A DNA stretch of 64,000 nucleotides from an uncultured Bacteroidales bacterium. Lineage in GTDB: Bacteria; Bacteroidota; Bacteroidia; Bacteroidales; WCHB1-69. The notes below the pieces were generated by a model. That model had not been told where the DNA came from and searched no databases. It saw only the letters and a list, made by a program, of their open reading frames with translations. The stretch covers positions 5,142 to 69,141 of the forward strand of contig CAMORT010000004.1 in NCBI GenBank assembly GCA_946624065.1, given 5' to 3'. The translations under genes and the position numbers were made by a program. Below are positions 61,633-64,000 of the stretch, piece after piece; position 1 is the first letter of the stretch; each line of letters begins with the position of its first letter.

Positions 61633-61694
61633 TGGTTCAAAATTCTGGACATCGAATCAACTTGGTTTTGGTATTTCGGAACGGGTAATGGGGA
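61633..61694 (+). repeat. Conserved leader repeat, copy 1 (partner at 62308..62369)
   Basis: TGGTTCAAAATTCTGGACATCGAATCAACTTGGTTTTGGTATTTCGGAACGGGTAATGGG differs from copy 2 at only 4 positions over about 60 nt. Confidence 0.85.
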
Positions 61695-61723
61695 TACATT
61701 GTGGTAATAAAAAATCTTCTGCT

Positions 61724-62269
61724 ATGAAAAGACTTCAATCAATATTAATCCTTTTTGCCATATTGGTCTTAACTTGTTGTGAGAAACCATCTTTGTGTTT
61801 CGAACGCGTCCCATACACTGGCAATGAATTGCGCACCGACGGCTTTTACTATACCGACAAATATTATCACAATTTTGATGACACACTGCCCAATGACAGT
61901 CTTTTGTTCATCTATTTTCTGTATAAGGACGGTTCCTGGTTTGAGGGTGGAACATATCATGTGACAGATGTGAATGATATAACACCAGAGATGATACAGG
62001 ATTACCACACCAAATACCCTCATAATTATAATACTGAAATAAATTGGGGACTTTTCAAAGTCCACCCCAACAACATTTACTGGACATTATATCATGTATG
62101 GGAATTGGGTGTGAGCACCAAGTCGTTAGACTCTGCCTATATTTTGAACGACACTACGTTTGTTCAAGTTAATTATACTTCAGAACAAACACCTTACAAA
62201 ATCACTTACCATTTCCAGAAATTCCCCTACAAGCCGGACAGCAGTGTGGCATACCAGTGGTTTCCGTAA
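61724..62269 (+). CDS. Small lipoprotein, paralog A of a tandem pair
   Basis: The start was chosen at MKRLQSILILFAILVLTCCEKP, which has a lipobox. The protein shares FxRxPxxGNELRTDGFYY and YHFxKFPYKPDSSVAYQW with the next gene. Confidence 0.75.
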   Translation: MKRLQSILILFAILVLTCCEKPSLCFERVPYTGNELRTDGFYYTDKYYHNFDDTLPNDSLLFIYFLYKDGSWFEGGTYHVTDVNDITPEMIQDYHTKYPHNYNTEINWGLFKVHPNNIYWTLYHVWELGVSTKSLDSAYILNDTTFVQVNYTSEQTPYKITYHFQKFPYKPDSSVAYQWFP

Positions 62270-62307
62270 ATCTACTATTGTTAACCATCTGTTTTTTTTG
62301 TCCATTC

Positions 62308-62369
62308 TGGTTCAAAATTCTGGACATCGACCCAACTTGGTTTTGGTATTTCGGAACAGGGAATGGGAG
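62308..62369 (+). repeat. Conserved leader repeat, copy 2
   Basis: See copy 1. The sequence is TGGTTCAAAATTCTGGACATCGACCCAACTTGGTTTTGGTATTTCGGAACAGGGAATGGG. Confidence 0.85.
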
Positions 62370-62398
62370 CACCTTATGGTAAATAAAATTCCTCGGCT

Positions 62399-62920
62399 AT
62401 GAAAAAAATTCTAACACTAATAATTCTTTTTGCTATATTGGCCTTATCTTGTAAAAGACCACACCTTGCTTTCGACCGTACGCCATTTTTAGGCAACGAA
62501 CTGAGGACAGATGGTTTCTATTATTATACCTATTATCCAAATTCACAATGGGATACAACCAATCGGACTTATGTCTTCTTTTTGTACAAAGATGGCACAA
62601 TCTTAAGAGGTTACACATACAACACTGTCAACATACAGGATATCACAATTGAAATGATAAAGGAAGATGAAAAATTTTTACAAGAGGACAGTGGTTCATG
62701 GGGACTGTTTACTGTTAAGGACAGGAATTTATATTGGAGTTTTTGGCATTATGGACCAGATTTTCACACTTATGTTTCATTAGATTCCGCTATAATTCTA
62801 AACGACACCACTTTCCATGAATATAGGGAAACAAGCGAGGGTGTCATTATAAATAACACCTACCATTTTCACAAATTCCCCTACAAGCCGGACAGCAGTG
62901 TGGCATACCAGTGGTGGTAA
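62399..62920 (+). CDS. Small lipoprotein, paralog B of a tandem pair
   Basis: The ORF is 173 aa, begins MKKILTLIILFAILALSCKRP and has the same conserved blocks as paralog A. Confidence 0.8.
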   Translation: MKKILTLIILFAILALSCKRPHLAFDRTPFLGNELRTDGFYYYTYYPNSQWDTTNRTYVFFLYKDGTILRGYTYNTVNIQDITIEMIKEDEKFLQEDSGSWGLFTVKDRNLYWSFWHYGPDFHTYVSLDSAIILNDTTFHEYRETSEGVIINNTYHFHKFPYKPDSSVAYQWW

Positions 62921-62933
62921 AACACTGTTATAT

Positions 62934-64000
62934 TTATTGTTGAAACGATAAAAATATTGCCGTCTTCAATCCATCGATGGCGGCACTCATGATGCCTCCC
63001 GCGTAACCGGCACCTTCACCGATGGGATAGATGCCTTTTACAGAGCACATCCTGTCGTCGCCGCGCACCATACGCACGGGAGAGGAGGAGCGCGTTTCCA
63101 CGCCCGTGAGCACCGCGTCAGGGTCGGCAAAGCCGGGCATCTTGCGGTCGAAGAGCGGCAACGCCTTCTTTAGGGAGTCCACCACATAGTCGGGGAGGCA
63201 GCGGTGAAGGTCGCAGAAACAGACCCCATGGGGATACGAGGGCTTCACGCTACGGTATCTTTCCGCCACCTTGCCTTGCAGAAACTCACCCACCAGATTG
63301 CCCGGCGCGCGGTAGTCGCCCGCCACCTGGAAGGCCAGCCGTTCGTATTTCTCTTGATAGTCCAGTCCGTCCAACGGGTTGTCTTTCAGATAGTCGTCAG
63401 GGTTCACATTGACCAACAGTGCGCTGTTGGAGTTGGCCTTGTCGCGGTTGCGCTCGCTCATACCGTTGGTTACAATCGTTTCCGGATCGTTGGTTGAAGC
63501 CATGACTGTGCCTCCGGGGCACATACAGAACGTATATACGCTCCTGTCTTCCAAGTGCACCACTCCCTTGTAGGAAGCGGGCGGGAGAATGCGCGCGGCA
63601 TCGCCGTACTGCATCCGGTTGATGCGCCGTTGCTGGTGCTCGATGCGCACACCCATGGAGAAGGGTTTCGCCTCCATCTCCATGCCACGCTCATACAATC
63701 GTTTGATGGTATCGCGGGCCGAGTGACCCAAACCGAGCAACACATGATGCGTCTTGATTTTCAATGCAGGTTCACAAAACAGCTCAAGCACCTCATCCTG
63801 CTTCTTGAAATCCGTGAAAACGGTGTTGAAATGGAACTCACCACCTAACGATTCGATTTCAAGACGGATGTTGCGCACCACTTTTTCCAAATAGTCGGTT
63901 CCCACATGCGGGTTCTGCATATAAGTCACATCCTCATGCGCTCCATGCTTGTAGAACTCCTGCAGCACAAAATCGTTGTATTCGCTGTGCACATTGGTGT
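62934..64000 (-). CDS. FAD-dependent protein (COG2509-like NAD(FAD)-utilizing dehydrogenase); the N-terminus lies outside the window
   Basis: The frame is open to the window edge. The C-terminal block SVKGIYPIGEGAGYAGGIMSAAIDGLKTA and FCMCPGGTVMAS are typical of this family. Confidence 0.8.
   Translation of the reverse strand, partial: TNVHSEYNDFVLQEFYKHGAHEDVTYMQNPHVGTDYLEKVVRNIRLEIESLGGEFHFNTVFTDFKKQDEVLELFCEPALKIKTHHVLLGLGHSARDTIKRLYERGMEMEAKPFSMGVRIEHQQRRINRMQYGDAARILPPASYKGVVHLEDRSVYTFCMCPGGTVMASTNDPETIVTNGMSERNRDKANSNSALLVNVNPDDYLKDNPLDGLDYQEKYERLAFQVAGDYRAPGNLVGEFLQGKVAERYRSVKPSYPHGVCFCDLHRCLPDYVVDSLKKALPLFDRKMPGFADPDAVLTGVETRSSSPVRMVRGDDRMCSVKGIYPIGEGAGYAGGIMSAAIDGLKTAIFLSFQQ

Noticed and set aside
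61598-61723. A 42-codon N-terminal extension of lipoprotein paralog A
   Set aside because: It reads through the conserved non-coding leader repeat, which is non-coding in copy 2. The internal Met gives a lipoprotein signal matching paralog B.

Overview
This window looks like a Bacteroidota chromosome segment. The evidence is T9SS C-terminal sorting domains, SprB-like repeats, TAnnTTTG -7 promoter boxes, a DUF3467 gene after rpoC, and about 50% G+C in housekeeping genes. The conserved backbone includes rpmB, a TonB-dependent receptor, a cobalamin riboswitch driving a beta-propeller lipoprotein, and uvrC. It also carries the secE-nusG-rplKAJL-rpoBC block on the minus strand, trmB, an MsbA-like ABC exporter, an OmpA-family protein, mazG and proS. 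Further along are udk, tRNA-Gln(CUG), a C10 cysteine protease with a T9SS domain, an M23 peptidase, phoH, lpxK, a purine nucleoside phosphorylase and azlCD. A 3738-aa T9SS adhesin occupies 30710-41926. The main finding is an AT-rich island at about 8061-14478, inserted between the B12-regulated gene and uvrC and lacking any integrase or transposase. It carries two translationally coupled genes. The first is a 1115-aa SF2 helicase with a C-terminal PD-(D/E)xK-like nuclease motif. The second is a 605-aa protein whose C-terminal half reads like a degenerate MID/PIWI (Argonaute) module. This architecture recalls the DdmDE helicase-nuclease plus pAgo-like plasmid-defence pair, but the assignment rests only on motifs read by eye and needs profile and structure searches. 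Next to it, on the opposite strand, lie an XRE-family HTH gene and a decayed small ORF. Other points worth a second look are two tandem paralogous lipoprotein genes with mosaic conservation, a secreted operon headed by an extreme Tyr/Trp/Gly plus Ser/Thr/Pro low-complexity lipoprotein, and an identical 20-nt promoter module shared by the giant adhesin and tRNA-Gln. No CRISPR array, rRNA or transposase was seen.
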